Part shown: positions 1-13,300 of the stretch, in pieces | How positions within the stretch are numbered: position 1 is the stretch's first letter | Layout of the letters: each line of letters opens with the position of its first letter | Origin: Chiloscyllium plagiosum | Lineage: Eukaryota | Reading direction: 5' to 3' | Length of the DNA stretch: 64,000 nucleotides | Assembly (NCBI RefSeq): GCF_004010195.1 | Contig: NC_057751.1 | Coordinates: 4,142,961-4,206,960, forward strand | Position numbers and translations under genes: made by a program | Notes under the pieces: model-generated | What the model saw: only the letters and a program-made list of their open reading frames with translations | Database searches by the model: none | Told to the model about the DNA's origin: nothing

Positions 1-259
1 TCAGCGTGGAATAAAACAATGAAGGACATGCCTGGAGCTGAAATCCAACTTGCCAAGATCCTTGTGTCATTTATTCAAAGCCATTAATGTCCAAATGTCT
101 TTAGAATGTATCAGAACCTAACAGGAAGACAGCTCAAAAACTCTGTTTAGACAGTTTACAAATGATAAGATGAAACACAAAAGCTGAAAGCAAGGATTTG
201 GACCATTGTGTGTTGAAACAAATTGAAGTGATCAGTGCTGCATTAGATTGAGGACAAAT

Positions 260-495
260 TAGGTTAGATTAGATTAGATTCCCTACAGCGTGGAAAGAGG
301 CCCTTCGGCCCAACCAGTCCACACCGACCCTCTGAAGAGTAACCAACCCAGACCCATTTCCCTCTGACCAATGCACCTAGCACTATGGGCAACTTAGCAA
401 GGCCAATTCATCTGACCTGCACATCTTTGGACTGTGGGAGGAAACCGTACGACCCAGAGGAGAGCCACGCAGACACAGGGAGAATGTGCAAACCG
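260..495 (-). mobile_element. HE1-type SINE, 5'-truncated
   Basis: (GATTA)n tail and V-domain on the minus strand. Confidence 0.8.
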
Positions 496-2055
496 AATAG
501 ATTAAGACATTCAGCCCATTAAGTCTGCTCCACTATTCAATTCGATGATTGCAGATCTGATCATCCGCAGCTCCACTTCGCTGCCTTTACCCCCATGACC
601 CTTACAGATTAACAATCTGTCTATCTCAACAAGAAAAATTATAGCTCATTAACAGTGAGGTCATCGTCAACAATGATACTGTGAGTGTTAAGTATCCAAG
701 TGTTACTTTTAGGTTAGGGAGGCCATCCCGGTTACTTTTCCCTCTTCTTCTCTTCCCATCATGTTAAGTAGCTGGTGAGATGTGAACCTGGACACAGATT
801 ATTTACTTGATGGAAAGTTTATTCCCACAGACCTCTGCTCCCTGGCTAGCAACCCACTCACTGTCGGACAGTGCTTTTTGATAGGACTTTCAGTGAACAT
901 TCACAAATGAATATCAAATTCTTTTCAAGGGGTGTTTTCAGATTATTGTAACAAAAGCACAGTTGTTAAAAGGAAGGTTAACAAATTTAAAAGCATTATG
1001 GAGGAGATAATACACTCAAGTCTATTTCTCCCTCCGAAACTCTTTAATATTTACATTAATTCATGAATTGTATAGTAATTTAAAGGGACCACTTTTTTTT
1101 CTCATTTGAGGAACAAAATAAGCAATAAACCAAATTACGAACTCCTTAAAGGGTACTGTCAGGTTATTAAAATGAAACGGAAATGACAGAGGAGGCAATC
1201 CCTCTTTATAAATCATCAGACGTAATAAATAGATTAATTCATGCTCAAGGGCAGGACTCAGACAAACCTCGATAGAAATGTATCAACTTTAATTAACATG
1301 TCATTTGAAAGCATGTAGCTGCTTTTCAGGCCCTGACATGCCAATCGGTCATAGATGCCCTCAAGGGTACCAGGTATTTCTCCTCCAGGGAGCCATGGAT
1401 AACTGGCAGCAGTCGACACACTCAAGCCCCCTCCCCCTCAACCACACTCAGCCTCAACTCCATGGGCCAATGTCTGGAACAAACAACTACCACCTTTAGC
1501 AAGGTTCAGAAGCAGACTAACAAGGACCGACTCCGTCCACCTTCTCACTGGTTGGCCAAAGATCAGGAAGAAGGGGCTGGAATCCAACTATACATTGAAG
1601 AGCAGCCCCTTCCAATAGTGAAGATGGGTCTGTAATATTGCACAACCAACATTAAATGAAGAATTTGGCCTCCTTGGGCCCCAGAGATAACTAACAGTTT
1701 AGACTCCATTAACTCCTTGTTCACTGAATGTGCGAGACTGCTGTGTGTAACTTGCTCCCTGCCAAATACATGATGGAGAAAGGGAGGTCACCCTGTTAGT
1801 GCGTATCCCACTGGGGGCCTGTACTTCCTCTGGCAGGTCGGAAGGCCATGCAGTGCCTGAACAGGGACAAGTGTGACAAAGTGAACGCTGTGGAGCAGGA
1901 AAGCCCTATGTGCAGAAAGGAATGGTGCAACAGATATTGCTAACAGACAGCTTAAGATGTGAGACTGAGATTACTGAGAGTGGTTATACAGCCCAGGCCC
2001 AGTGTGAAATTATGTCCAGTCAGGGGTCAGTTCAAACTGAGGGATGATCAATATA

Positions 2056-2188
2056 GGAGGAGAAAGTGAGGTCTGCAGATGCTAGAGATCAGAGCTGAAA
2101 ATGTGTTGCTGGAAAAGCGCAGCAGGTCAGGCAGCATCCAGGGAACAGGAGAATCGACGTTTCGGGCACAAGCCCTTCCCCAGGAATC
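2056..2188 (-). mobile_element. PLE family A terminal-repeat fragment with mutated hammerhead core
   Basis: Same sequence as the 57775-57868 tail; core reads CTGGGGA instead of CTGANGA. Confidence 0.7.
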
Positions 2189-2399
2189 AATATATCTGAG
2201 TTGTATTGACCACTATGAGTGCAGGTTGAGCACGATAGTTTTTGAATGGTTTTGGCATTGAGCTGGACACACAAAATCCAAATTCCCATTGTTTCCATTG
2301 GCTCACTCCTCCACCATCCAGCAAGTCCTCCCAACTCTTGTCTCTTCAGCAGTCAAGCCCTCTCATTCGTCCAGCAGCATGGTGAATCCATGTTGATTT

Positions 2400-2830
2400 G
2401 AGTTGCAAAATACTCGGCAGGAGCTTTCCAACATGACCATTACTCTGAAGGGAGGGAGCTCAGGTCAGAGCCAGATTGTGTTCCAGAATTTGATCAACAT
2501 CTGGTAAAAGGCAGGCAACTCTCGCAAGATACCACAAGACTTTTTCAATTTGTAAACATATCTACATGGCTCCCCATGTAAAGGTATCGCTGGTGGGTCT
2601 TGAAGCCAGAAGGTTGCCGTCTGGGTGTGAAAGCACACCAGGACCTGTTTGCCCTCCTTAAGCAGGGGGCATAGAACTGAGGCAGAGACCCAATACTGCT
2701 TTCTGTCCCAGAAGTCAATGAGCTTCTTTTGTGTCTTAGTGACAAAATCTGGGGGGAGGGATCAAAATGACCAACTGGAACCACTTCATGGTGGACACCA
2801 ATTCGTTTATAACCAGGGCTCAACACGTGT
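2400..2830 (-). mobile_element. Tx1/L1-clade LINE ORF2 fragment (frameshifted)
   Basis: Minus strand ALVINELVSTMKWFQLVILIPPP/DFVTKTQKKLIDFWDRKQYWVSASVLCPLLKEGKQVLVC resembles the post-RT region of Tx1 elements. Confidence 0.65.
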
Positions 2831-3616
2831 ACACAAGCATGCAGGAGTCCCTTTCTTTGTAGTAAAGATTTCATCAGGAAAGACCTGTTTGTCCTGAATG
2901 TTAACAAGACAATGTATAGAACATTAAAACAGGTCCCACCCAACTTGGCCGTGCAGCTAATGCAGGCCCTGGTACTTATACTGAAAGAAAGGTGAGATAC
3001 CTGAGCATTCAATCTTACATTTTTCTGGTACTCTGAGAACTGCATCACGTATTCACCACGACCAGTTTGCAATTAACAACCAATTTTAATTATTCTCCTG
3101 ACTCTGATGCAGGAGTTATTTGGCATGTTACAGTCACAGAGTCATAGAGATGTGCAGCACGGAAACAGACCCTTCAGTCCAACTTGTCCATGCTGACCAG
3201 ATATCCCAACCCAATCTAGTCCCTCCTGCCAGCACCCGGCCTATATCCCTCCAAACCCTTCCTATTCATGTACCCATCCAAATGCCTTTTAAATGTTGCA
3301 ATTGTACCAGCCTCCACCACATCCTCTGGTAGCTCCCTCTCCCTATAGCTCAAATCCTCCAACCCTGGCAACATCCCTGTAAATCTTTTCTGAATCCTTT
3401 CAGGTTTCACAACATTGGCACAGATCAGAATGCCATCTGTTCCCAAATTCCTATTGCCATGCAGTGATCAGCCTGGTGTCTGGGCAAGTGTTGACTGGGA
3501 CTCTGGGAGCTTCTGTCTAAATGAGGCTTGTGATTGACTAAAAGGTTAATTGAGCAGTGGAGTTAATGAAGAGCAACAATAAGCTTATATGTATCTCTCT
3601 CTTGCTTTCTGAGCAG

Positions 3617-3722
3617 TTCCACTGTGCCCATCAACTAGCTGAATGGTGCCTGCATCACATCTGTACAAACTACAACAACGTATGTCGCAAGTTTCCCAGG
3701 GAAATGAAGGCAAAGTCTCCTG
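3617..3722 (+). CDS. RHOBTB2: Rho-related BTB domain protein 2, penultimate coding exon (gene starts upstream of window)
   Basis: Pyrimidine tract + cag|TTC acceptor and G|gtagga donor. Translates [35 protein letters not shown], matching the recalled RHOBTB2 ([11 protein letters not shown]) better than RHOBTB1 (NYNSVCSKFRK). The phase-1 end joins the next exon in frame. Confidence 0.93.
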
Positions 3723-4891
3723 GTAGGATTCCGATACCCTTTCTCATTCAACAGCACCATGTGGTCTGCCGTACAATTTCACTTTCATCATTGTAACACC
3801 CGACAGTGTTCACTCGGCACCTCACTTTGTTAATGATCCTTGATAATTCACAAGAGGCTCAGGTTTCTTTATTTTATTTGTGCTTTGACTTTTAGGCAGT
3901 TAGAGCCCTTTTAATTTTTTTTTTGAATTAGATTAGAGGTGGAGTATGATGTGAGCTAAGTCTATTGTGAGAATTCAAAGAAATAACACAACTTCCAACA
4001 ATCCTGGATGTCATTCTCTCTATAAGTTAATTCACAGGGGACCTTTTTATCAACAGCAGGCTCTGGAACCAGAGTACACAGATTGAAACCAATAAAGCTG
4101 GAGGGGGCAATGTGAATTAATGCAGTGAGGTTTTATGATCCAGAATGCATTACCTGAAAGAATGGCAGAAGCACATTGAACAGTAACTCTCAGGAGAGAA
4201 TTGGATTGCTCTTTTAAAAATAAATGATTTGGGACAAGTGCAGGAAAGCGGCATAAACTGGAGCTCATTCAGAAAGCCAGCAGGGGGTGCAATGGGCCCA
4301 GTGGTGGACTGCTGTGCTGTATGACTCTCTGATTTGGTAACTGGTATATTTTTGTTTCGGTTTGTCGCCCTTTTCTGGATAAAATTGCCACAAGTCCCAT
4401 TCTTGTTCCAACTTGTCACGGTAATAGTTGTCAATTGCTTGAGAGGAGACAATAGGATTTTGTAAGCACTGGCCAAGGTTCACTTGTTTGACTCAGTCCA
4501 GCCTTGTTTCAAAATGTTGGAGCTGACCACAATGGTTCTTTAACATGAAACTCAAAAGACAAGCTTGTTTCACTGATTTGTTAAGAGATTGTTTGTTTGT
4601 TTGTTTATTTCAATCCTAGCTAACAGTCTCTTTCAGTTCAGAAAGATGAAAAAGCAGATTTTCTTTTTGAGATTGTGCTATTGTGACATTGGGATATCAC
4701 ATACTGTTTCACTGCCTCTGAAGTGCTTTTAAAGTGTTGTCAGTGCCTTAAAGTCAGAAACACAGCAGCCAATTTACACACAACCAGATCCTACAAAACT
4801 GTTGCGTGATCCTCCTGTTTTCAATTATTTTGGTTGGGGGATAAATATTGACAAGAACACCAGATATTAGAAGTCTGCTCTTCCTTAGATA

Positions 4892-5049
4892 GTGTGGCAC
4901 TGGAGAAGCACAGCAGGTCAGGCAGCATTTGAGAAGCAGGAGAGTCAACATTTCGGGCAGAAGCCCTTCAGGAAGGGCTTGTACTCGAAATGACAACTCT
5001 CCTGCTCCTCGGATGCTGCCTGACCTGCTGTGCTTCTCCAGTGTCACAC
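4892..5049. repeat. Inverted pair of PLE family A tails (78-bp arms, 2-nt centre) inserted in a Deu-SINE
   Basis: Arms 4892-4969 and 4972-5049 are imperfect reverse complements centred on aagcccttc-ag-gaagggctt. Confidence 0.8.
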
Positions 5050-6269
5050 CTGTTAATTCTGATCTGCAGCCCTTCTTTTCTCCTCTTCTTTATATAGAAT
5101 ATGCAATGTTTCATGTCCATTTGAGAGGGCTGATAAGGACTTTTTCTGAAACCTGACCTGAAAGATTATCTGCATTCCTTAGTCCTACACCAGAGTATCA
5201 GTCTGGATTTTGTGGATTTCTGCACCGATCCGTCTGGTGGGCTCAAGGTTAAAATGCCCCCAGATTGACATATCGACCTTCTTTTGGGAGCTTCACTCAC
5301 TTTGAAGGCCATTATTGGAGCTATTGTACATTTCTGTCCAGGTAGGAATCCCACAGGCTATCAGCCAGCCTTCAGCTGTAAATTTTGAAGTGTTGAAGTA
5401 TTTAGCTTTGAGGATGGGGTCTGCAAGCATTGCTGCTGACTTCCCAGCACTAAATAAAATTACATTGAATATTACAAAATGAGACTGGCTATTGAGCACC
5501 ACAGATCGGTGATCCATCTGAGCTACCACTTCCCAGCTTACTCATCTCACCCGATCAAATTCTTGCCTCATTTGCTTTTCTTGCTTTCCTTTAAATGCAC
5601 TGATATCATTTACCAAAAACACTGCCTATAATAGAGAGCAAGTTCTACTTTTTTTCTCCACTCTTGGAGGTAAGTCCCCTGAATTCCCTCATCCATTTAT
5701 TAATGACAATCCTATTTTTAGCCCTGAGGTTTATATTTGCTGAGATCCTCAGTCCATCTCGCTTTTTAAAGTCCTTCATCATCCCACCCAGACAGATGTG
5801 TTGTCTGGTCAGTTGTGGAATCTCAATAAAAGGAGTGAAAAGCCTCCTTTTACACACTTTCCTCCTCCCTGTTTAAGGCTGTAACACAAGTAGCTAAAAG
5901 TTTTTGGGATCTCATGAGTCCGTGCTTTGAACAAATTGCCTGTCGTTATGATGTAGTCTGGTACTATTGATGGGAATTGCACACTTATCCAGAAGGAAAT
6001 TCCAATATACCGCAGGATTCATAAAAGGGAATGTAGTTCACCATTCAGCCTGCTCTACTATTTGATTATGACTGATCTGCACCTGAGCTATGACTAGCTG
6101 CTTGAGCTCCGTATCCCTTGATAGATTTACCTCACAAAAATCACAATCTATTTCAGTGTTGAAAGGTGCAGTTGTCTTCCAACATCCGCAGCCTTTGAGC
6201 AGAAAGGTTAGGAAAACTCTGGAGCGTTTATGTTTGAGAAATGGACCCGGATCAGAGCTAACCATGAAA

Positions 6270-6655
6270 TGAAAACTGAGTTCAAATATCACTCCGGAGG
6301 GTTGACCACATAATCTCGGCTGAGAATCCTAGGCAGTCCTGGGAGATCCCTGCATTGTCTGGAGATGCTGTTCTTTGGATGAGATGTTAGCTAAACCATG
6401 TCTGCCCTCTTTGGATGTAGAAGATCCCTGGTGACCGCTCAGAAAAAAAAACAGCGGAGTCTTGTCCAATTATCCTCAACCATCATGATTAACATACAAT
6501 CGCATTACCTCATTTCTGTGGGATCTTCCTATGCGCTGATTGTCCACAGTGTTCCCTCTGTGGATGGCAACACTTGAAAAGTACTTAATGGGTCATGAGA
6601 CATTTTCTGTTGTCTCAGGTTGTCAAAGACACAAATAAAATCCAAGTTGTTTCTC
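6270..6655 (+). mobile_element. Deu-domain (SacSINE1/AmnSINE-like) SINE, diverged; further copies near 4700-5220(-), 23790-23960(-), 54300-54530(+)
   Basis: gctgttctttggatgagatgtt...gtctgccctct..ggatgtagaagatccc..g resembles the recalled Deu-domain; L2-like tail. Confidence 0.6.
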
Positions 6656-6819
6656 AAACTTGGAATAGCGGGGGGATTGTGTGTGTGTGGAGCTACAAAG
6701 ATTGAGTTGGGCAATGAAGGCTTGCAGGTTCCACTCAGGAAGGGAAGACCTTATAAGGTGGTGTGAAATCAGTGTGAAGCAAACATTCCATTCATGATTT
6801 TGTTGACATGTCCTTTCAG

Positions 6820-7013
6820 AAAACCAGGACTACTTTGAAAAGCACCGCTGGCCTCCTGTCTGGTTCCTAAAAGAGGATGATCACTACCAGCGAGCCAGGA
6901 AAGAACGTGACAAAGAGGATTACTTGTGCCAGAAACGTCAACTGAAGCGCAAGTGGTTTTTCTGGAATTCAAGTTCACCTTCCACAGCCTCGTCCTCTTC
7001 CACTGTTGTCTGA
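6820..7013 (+). CDS. RHOBTB2: RHOBTB2 last coding exon (absent from ORF track)
   Basis: tcctttcag|AA acceptor completes GAA. Translates (E)[66 protein letters not shown] at 7011-7013. HRWPPVW motif and Ser-rich ...VV tail are typical of RHOBTB2. Confidence 0.95.
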
Positions 7014-7204
7014 AACCATGGCTTGGATTAATTGACCCTTTCTATTTTAGAAAAAAAACTGTCGGTTCACCCAGTTTGAAGGCCTTAGTTTCCAATTGGC
7101 CAAGCCTTCAGTGGATTTTAATAACGACGGGGCCAAAATGGTGAAAGACAGCTAAACCATGGCAGCCAAAGTGAGTTTTTATTTTCTGATGGCTGGTGCC
7201 AACT

Positions 7205-7312
7205 TTCTTCCTCTCTCTCTCTCCTCCTTTCTCTCTCTCTCCCTCTCTCATTCATATATACACAAACACACTAACACACACGTAAACACATGTATACATA
7301 CCAACACACAAA
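7205..7312. repeat. (CT)n/(CA)n low-complexity tract in RHOBTB2 3' UTR
   Basis: Direct inspection. Confidence 0.85.
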
Positions 7313-10300
7313 CGAGGCATTAATAAAACTGAACTGTTGGCTCAACCCCATAACTATTGCCAGACTTGTAAGGGTTTGGTGAAACTGAATCCTCTGCCAC
7401 ATTGATCAGATCAGATAAACTACAGTAAAGCAGTGGGAGAATTTTGATTGTGATTTTATAATTGGCAACTTCTGTTAAACCTGGTTGCTGACAGGGAGCC
7501 ATCTCGTACAGTAGTACATTTCAGGGAAGCATGATATTTCCTTTGCATGGATCCTACTGTGGCTGAGCCAGCTCTGGTAAAACTGGTATATCCTAGGGTT
7601 CTTTATTTGGGTACGAATGGAATGGTTCTTATCACCTATATATACTGCTCATAGCTTCTGTTTAAAGATTGAGAAATCAGGGTTAATTTCATGGAATTTT
7701 TATCACAGAATACTTATCTTCCTCCTGAATGTCGGAATGTCACCTAAGAATTTTTTTTTTTGTTGACTTAAAAAGTAATCCCTGCATTTGGAATTTATCC
7801 TTTACACGCTGGATCTATGAACAAAATGTACATGTTTTGTATTTGAAAAGCTGAAGTAAAGTGAACTGGAAGTTTCAGTGAATAAATCTCAGTCAGGAGC
7901 AAGGTGATTCCTTCTCCACGTGACATGTAAGATTCAGTATTGTAAAATGATACCTGCGCAAACCGAACTCTGACACACTATGAGGAGACAATGTGAGGTG
8001 AGAGATGAGTGAGTTGAATTATTTTCTTCACAGCTCCGAGGAGGTTTACACAGCAATTTTTTCAGATTTATTTTTTTTCCCCCAATTGTGATACATCATT
8101 TAAAAATGCAGCCGTTTTCCTAATGTTGCATTTTGACTGAACTCTTAAATCTTTAGTCCAGGACAGCCCTGGGGAGAGACTGAATCTAAGGTCAGACAAG
8201 ATATTGCAGGTATATTTCATGCAGCTTTTACATATTGAAATTTTCTTCATGACATGCATCGAGAATGTTCTCCAGGTCTGGGCCATTGGAAATTGGAATG
8301 GAATCAAGGAAAAGTCAGTTTCCTTTTCACCCATTTCCATTTCCATTTCCTTCGGCTTGTGCTGGAAAAATAGTGATCGAACTGTGATTCTCAGGTTGGA
8401 CAGTTTTCAACTTGAAACTTAGTTACAGCAGATATACAGACAGCCCAGCCCCGATGCTGTTTGACTGTACCCTACGCACATCCTGAGACTGTACTTGTAC
8501 ATACTTTGGGTGATACATTGGTGCTGGAAGCACATGGGGAACGCCAGACTGTTCCAAAGCTCTCGTGCAACAATGGATGGATTGATCCAAAACAAGACAA
8601 GTGTAAATTAGCACAGTTTGAGTCATGAAGAAAGAACAAGACACCCCTCCTTGTGGCGGTTCTTTAATAAGCAGGCACTGATGGACATCACTTGTCTGTC
8701 GTGAAAGCAAAGTCCAAGTGCCTCCGCCATCTTATAAAACCATTATGTGAAACCAGAACACACAACAAATCTGTTGGTGGTTTGTAGTAATTCTACCAAT
8801 TGCTGAGCTTTGTGTACTTTGGCATTTAGAAAGCACCTATTGGATGAGTTTTTGAGTTGTGAATCCTTTTTAGATTGAACATTGAGTCCCTTTATCTACT
8901 TATTTATTGTATGGATCTAAAGTAGTCTTTTTATTGGAATCAAACATTCACCTTCGTTTGTTACCTTGTGAATCAACATGAACAATTCGTTTTTAAGGAA
9001 ATCAGAGATTTTTCTTGGGTAGTTGTTTTGCAGAAAGTGATCAAGTTGAAGAATAAACTGGATGTGAAAATATTTTTAAATGTTGTCAGTTGGTAAGTTT
9101 TTGTCTCTTGAGTGTAGGGATCCTTGTGTAAATACACGAAAATGTCTTTGTAAATGTGGTCTGAAACTACTCTCTACCTTTGAGATACAAGCTTGTAAAA
9201 ACGTGCAACATGTCAATCTCTGCTTTCCAAGTTGCTGGGATTCTCTGCTGTTTGAGGTGCAGGGCATTTGTAGTTGATGCTTTTGTCAGAATTGGGAGCT
9301 CCTTCCCCACACACACACACATGCAGTACCCTGGGAAGCAATGTGCAAGTTACACCTCTAAACTGTCTCTGTGTTGTAGAGGTGCTCCTCATCTGCAATC
9401 CAAACTCAGAAGTTGCAGTTAGATTCCAGAAATGCCTCACTGATCAGGTCGTTTGCCTTACAGACAGCTCCCCTGGCTGGTACTGTTCTTGGGGTGGAGC
9501 GTATCTGAGCCTGAGAAAGTATGAGAAGCAATAAAGAAACAAACCTCTGCGACAAAGAATGGTAAGAAAAGTGGTCTGGCTTTGCATGTGGACCCTTTAG
9601 TTAGAAGCAGGAATTGATTAATCACCAGAAGACAATGATCTAAGGGATTGCTTAACAATCAGACAGACTGAAAGAGACAAAAGAACAATTGTGCTGAACT
9701 GGGGAAAGCAGTGAAGGAAACAGGAACTGGTTATCACGTAAAACTGCAGCTTTCAGCTGCCCAGCATTTGTCAGCTTGTTCAATCTGAAGAAGTCCTTCA
9801 GCATTGTCAGTGGTTCAAGGCTGTTAGGCTGTTGTGCGTGCTCTCCAGAGAATGGGTTTGTTTTTTTAGCAGCTCGTCAGGATCCTCCCTGAACCTTTTT
9901 CATGTCTGGCTTAGCCGCATTTATTCAAGGCATAAATCTTAACTTGCATCCTTGTTTTAACAATGCAAGTGCAGAACACTTTGCTCAGGGTAGTTGCTGT
10001 GAAGTTAAAACTATGGCAGTCTCGGGGCTGTGACAGTGCGCAAGCTTTTCTGAAATCTTTTCCAGATTTGAATACTTCAAACAGATTTCAAAACCTGCAC
10101 TGCAGTTCTTTAATATATCCCACAAGTTTTAACACCTCAGCCTAATACGCTGATCCGTATGACCGCATTGTGATGGGTTGAGTGGGGGAGCAATTCTGAG
10201 TAATTCTGTCGACAAAGCTACACCAACATAACTGGAGAAACACCAGCAGCATCTGCAGAGGGAAGGGGAAAAAAATCAGAGGAAACATTTCCAGTCCTGG

Positions 10301-13300
10301 AACACACTGCTTCAGAACTTGAAGCTGTTGCGTTTCTCCAGCGATTGTCTGTGCAAGCGTGCGCAGTATTTTGCTTTTCCATGGGGTTTCGCTGCTGTTT
10401 ACTTGTATACCAGTCTGCACATCGGAAGTGAGGGGATGGGGTTTTCCACAAGATCCCTGTGGAGTGAGGTGCAAATTCCCACTCACTGCTGTCATAACTG
10501 GAAAAGGTGTTTTATCTGGGACACAATCCGCTGTCAATATTCCTCACCACAGCAGAGAAGGGATATTTTCGGAACGAAGCACATGGAGAAGCCTCTCCAA
10601 TGATTTGCTTTGCCTTTAGGTTTGTTTCTGGTGGAGTTGCATCTGAGCTGCTTCCACTTCGCCTCCAGCACCCTCCCCAGGCCCATATCCTTGGCTCACA
10701 GGAGCCAAGTCCATCTCTATATGCTGCTGAGAAAGGGGCAGGACCCCTATCCCTCCTGAATCAGGGCACACAGAGCTGGGCTCTCTGCTCTTGTACACTG
10801 TCACTCCAGCTGGGCTTTCCACAAGGTACACCATTTCCCCCTCCACTGTCTTCTTCAAGGGCTCTATTGGTCTGGGGGAAATCTGCACAGACACATGATC
10901 TGTTTTTCTGTGCGGTCTTTTCCTTGGAGATAGCAGAAGGCTTGGAGGAACCAGCAACACCAACTCCTCAACACCCAAGGCTTGGGACAGCAGAGGCCAG
11001 GCACAGAGTGTACACTAAGTGATGGGTGAGGCTCCCAGCAAGGTGCACTTAGAATGACACGGACAGGGTGGACAGTAGACAGACAGGACTTTATTGCAGC
11101 CTCCGAGCAACATGAAAAAGGACCAGCAGATAACAGGAGAAAGCAAAGAGGGTGACTTTTATCTGGAAAGTACTGCCTGAATGGACAGCTTGTGGAGGCA
11201 TATTTAATCATAACTCTTCAAGTAGCAGTTGCTGTTGAGAGCATAAAACATGCCAGATAGTGGGGGGTGGACACGCTAGTGAAATTCAGGGCATTATTCA
11301 TTCAAAGGGCAAACACAGGCCCAACGGGGCAGAATGGCCCTATATTGTGCAGTTCAATTGTTATCTTTGTAACATTTCTTTTCTGACTGAGAGAGGATAT
11401 TATCCGGGTCGGGGCTTCTGGGCCTGAGGAAGCACTGTACTTGGAAGAAACGTTTAAAATAAAACAGCTGAATCTTATTGACCTGCTCCATGCCAGAATG
11501 TCAGGGGGTGTATTTGTGTGTGTGCGTGTGTGTGTTACTTAAGTCAACTGGCTCATAAAGGCGCTTAAGAACCTATGGATTATATTTCTTAAAGTGACTG
11601 GGAGCTGCTGTTTCCTGATAGGAAATCGGGTGGGGGTGAACAGAAAGCTAAGTGGTAAACCAGCCAGCCAGTTCATTTTATGTTCCTCGACCCTGCACCT
11701 CATCACTAAATAACAGGCCAGAGGGCTGACTGAGAAATCCAGTTCTTCTGTTTTTTTGTGCAAGTCAGAATGCCATGCTCTGCACGAATTGCAACCAGTA
11801 TTCCTGCAGTGGTGGACTCCTGCAGCTGCTGTCACCTAGCATTTGCTTGCTGCAGGGAGAGAAACAGAAGACTGGATGCCTTGAAGGGGTTGTGTCCAAT
11901 CACAGAACCTTCTGAATGTCTCACTGTGGCACGACTGAACAGAGCATTGAGGCACTGTTGAAAGATCAGCCACGCAGACATGAATTCTATGAGTTTAGCG
12001 AGTTGACCTTGCATGAACGTTTTGGATCAACTCATTGAACAGACCAGGCAAGCATATTGGTCTGGCAGCCATGAAAATATCTGGCCCTGGTGTGCCGCTT
12101 TGAGAAAGGCCTCAGTGTTTCACAGTATGACATGATTCACATTCGCCCCCAAACAGGAATGCAAGGCTATTCTTGCCTGCACTTGCAACAGTGATGAGGG
12201 AAACTAAACTGAAGCAGAAATAGACCATTCAACCTGAAGAAGAAAGGTCACTGGACTCCAGGCTTTCACTTTTTGTCATTTCTTCACCACTTGCCTGCAG
12301 AGCACTCCACCAGAGCACTTGGTACTGGTGCTTGGTCTACACATAAGCCTCCTCCAAACTCTTTGTATTTCAGCACATCCCCTGGTCAACATTTCCTTTG
12401 AGGTTATTAAGTAATTAGCTGTAGTCAGTAAAATACCAAGGGCATCTCCCTCTGTTGGAGAGGGACACATTGGTTATAGGGTGGAGGGCAACCACTCCAC
12501 AAGGCAAGGAGACAAGTCTGCATGCATCCACACAGCCATTAGGTACATGGATTGAACCCATGCTGTTGACATCATTCTACAACACACCCAATTTAACTGA
12601 GCTCACTAATCCCCACAGACTAATATTTTAATATTCTCTTGCCAGTCTGAAGGATGTGCTTGGTCAGTCAGTGCGAATGTTTGTGTTAGAAACAGAAACA
12701 AATTAGCTCAACAAGCAGAAGGAGGCCCTATGACCCCCTCTGTCATTCTGTAAAATAGTGATTGATCTGATCTAAGCCTCAAATCCATTTTTGGTGTGTT
12801 ACATCACAGCATAGTGTGATACTGAAGCAGGTCAACTTCAATTTCAATTCCCTGTGCTAGTTGACAATTTAGAGTTGGTCCTGCAGTTGTTGGGGGTCAT
12901 AATTAGCCTCCGGTGATTCGACCCATCACACAAAGTGGATACTTAGTGCATTTCGTGAGAGAGGGGTGATGTGATGAGGAAAGACTTGGGTACAGCAGTG
13001 ATGTCTCCACAATCAAATAGTCCACACTTGCAGTCAAAGCTCTCAATGGCGAAAACCAGGAGCTGTTGAGCTGTAACTCCACCATCAGCAAGTGCCTTGA
13101 GAGAATATTTTTAATTTTATATTCTTGGAACCTGCCGCCCACACTGCCCCCACCCCTCTCCCTACTTCCCGGGTCATTTGTGCTGCCATTAATGGGAGTC
13201 ATGAAGATGGAGTAACAAATTCTATACAGATATTTGGTTGCAGGTTGAGAGATTTCACAAGAGCAAACATCTTGTTGAGAGTCTGATCCTGAACTGAGGG

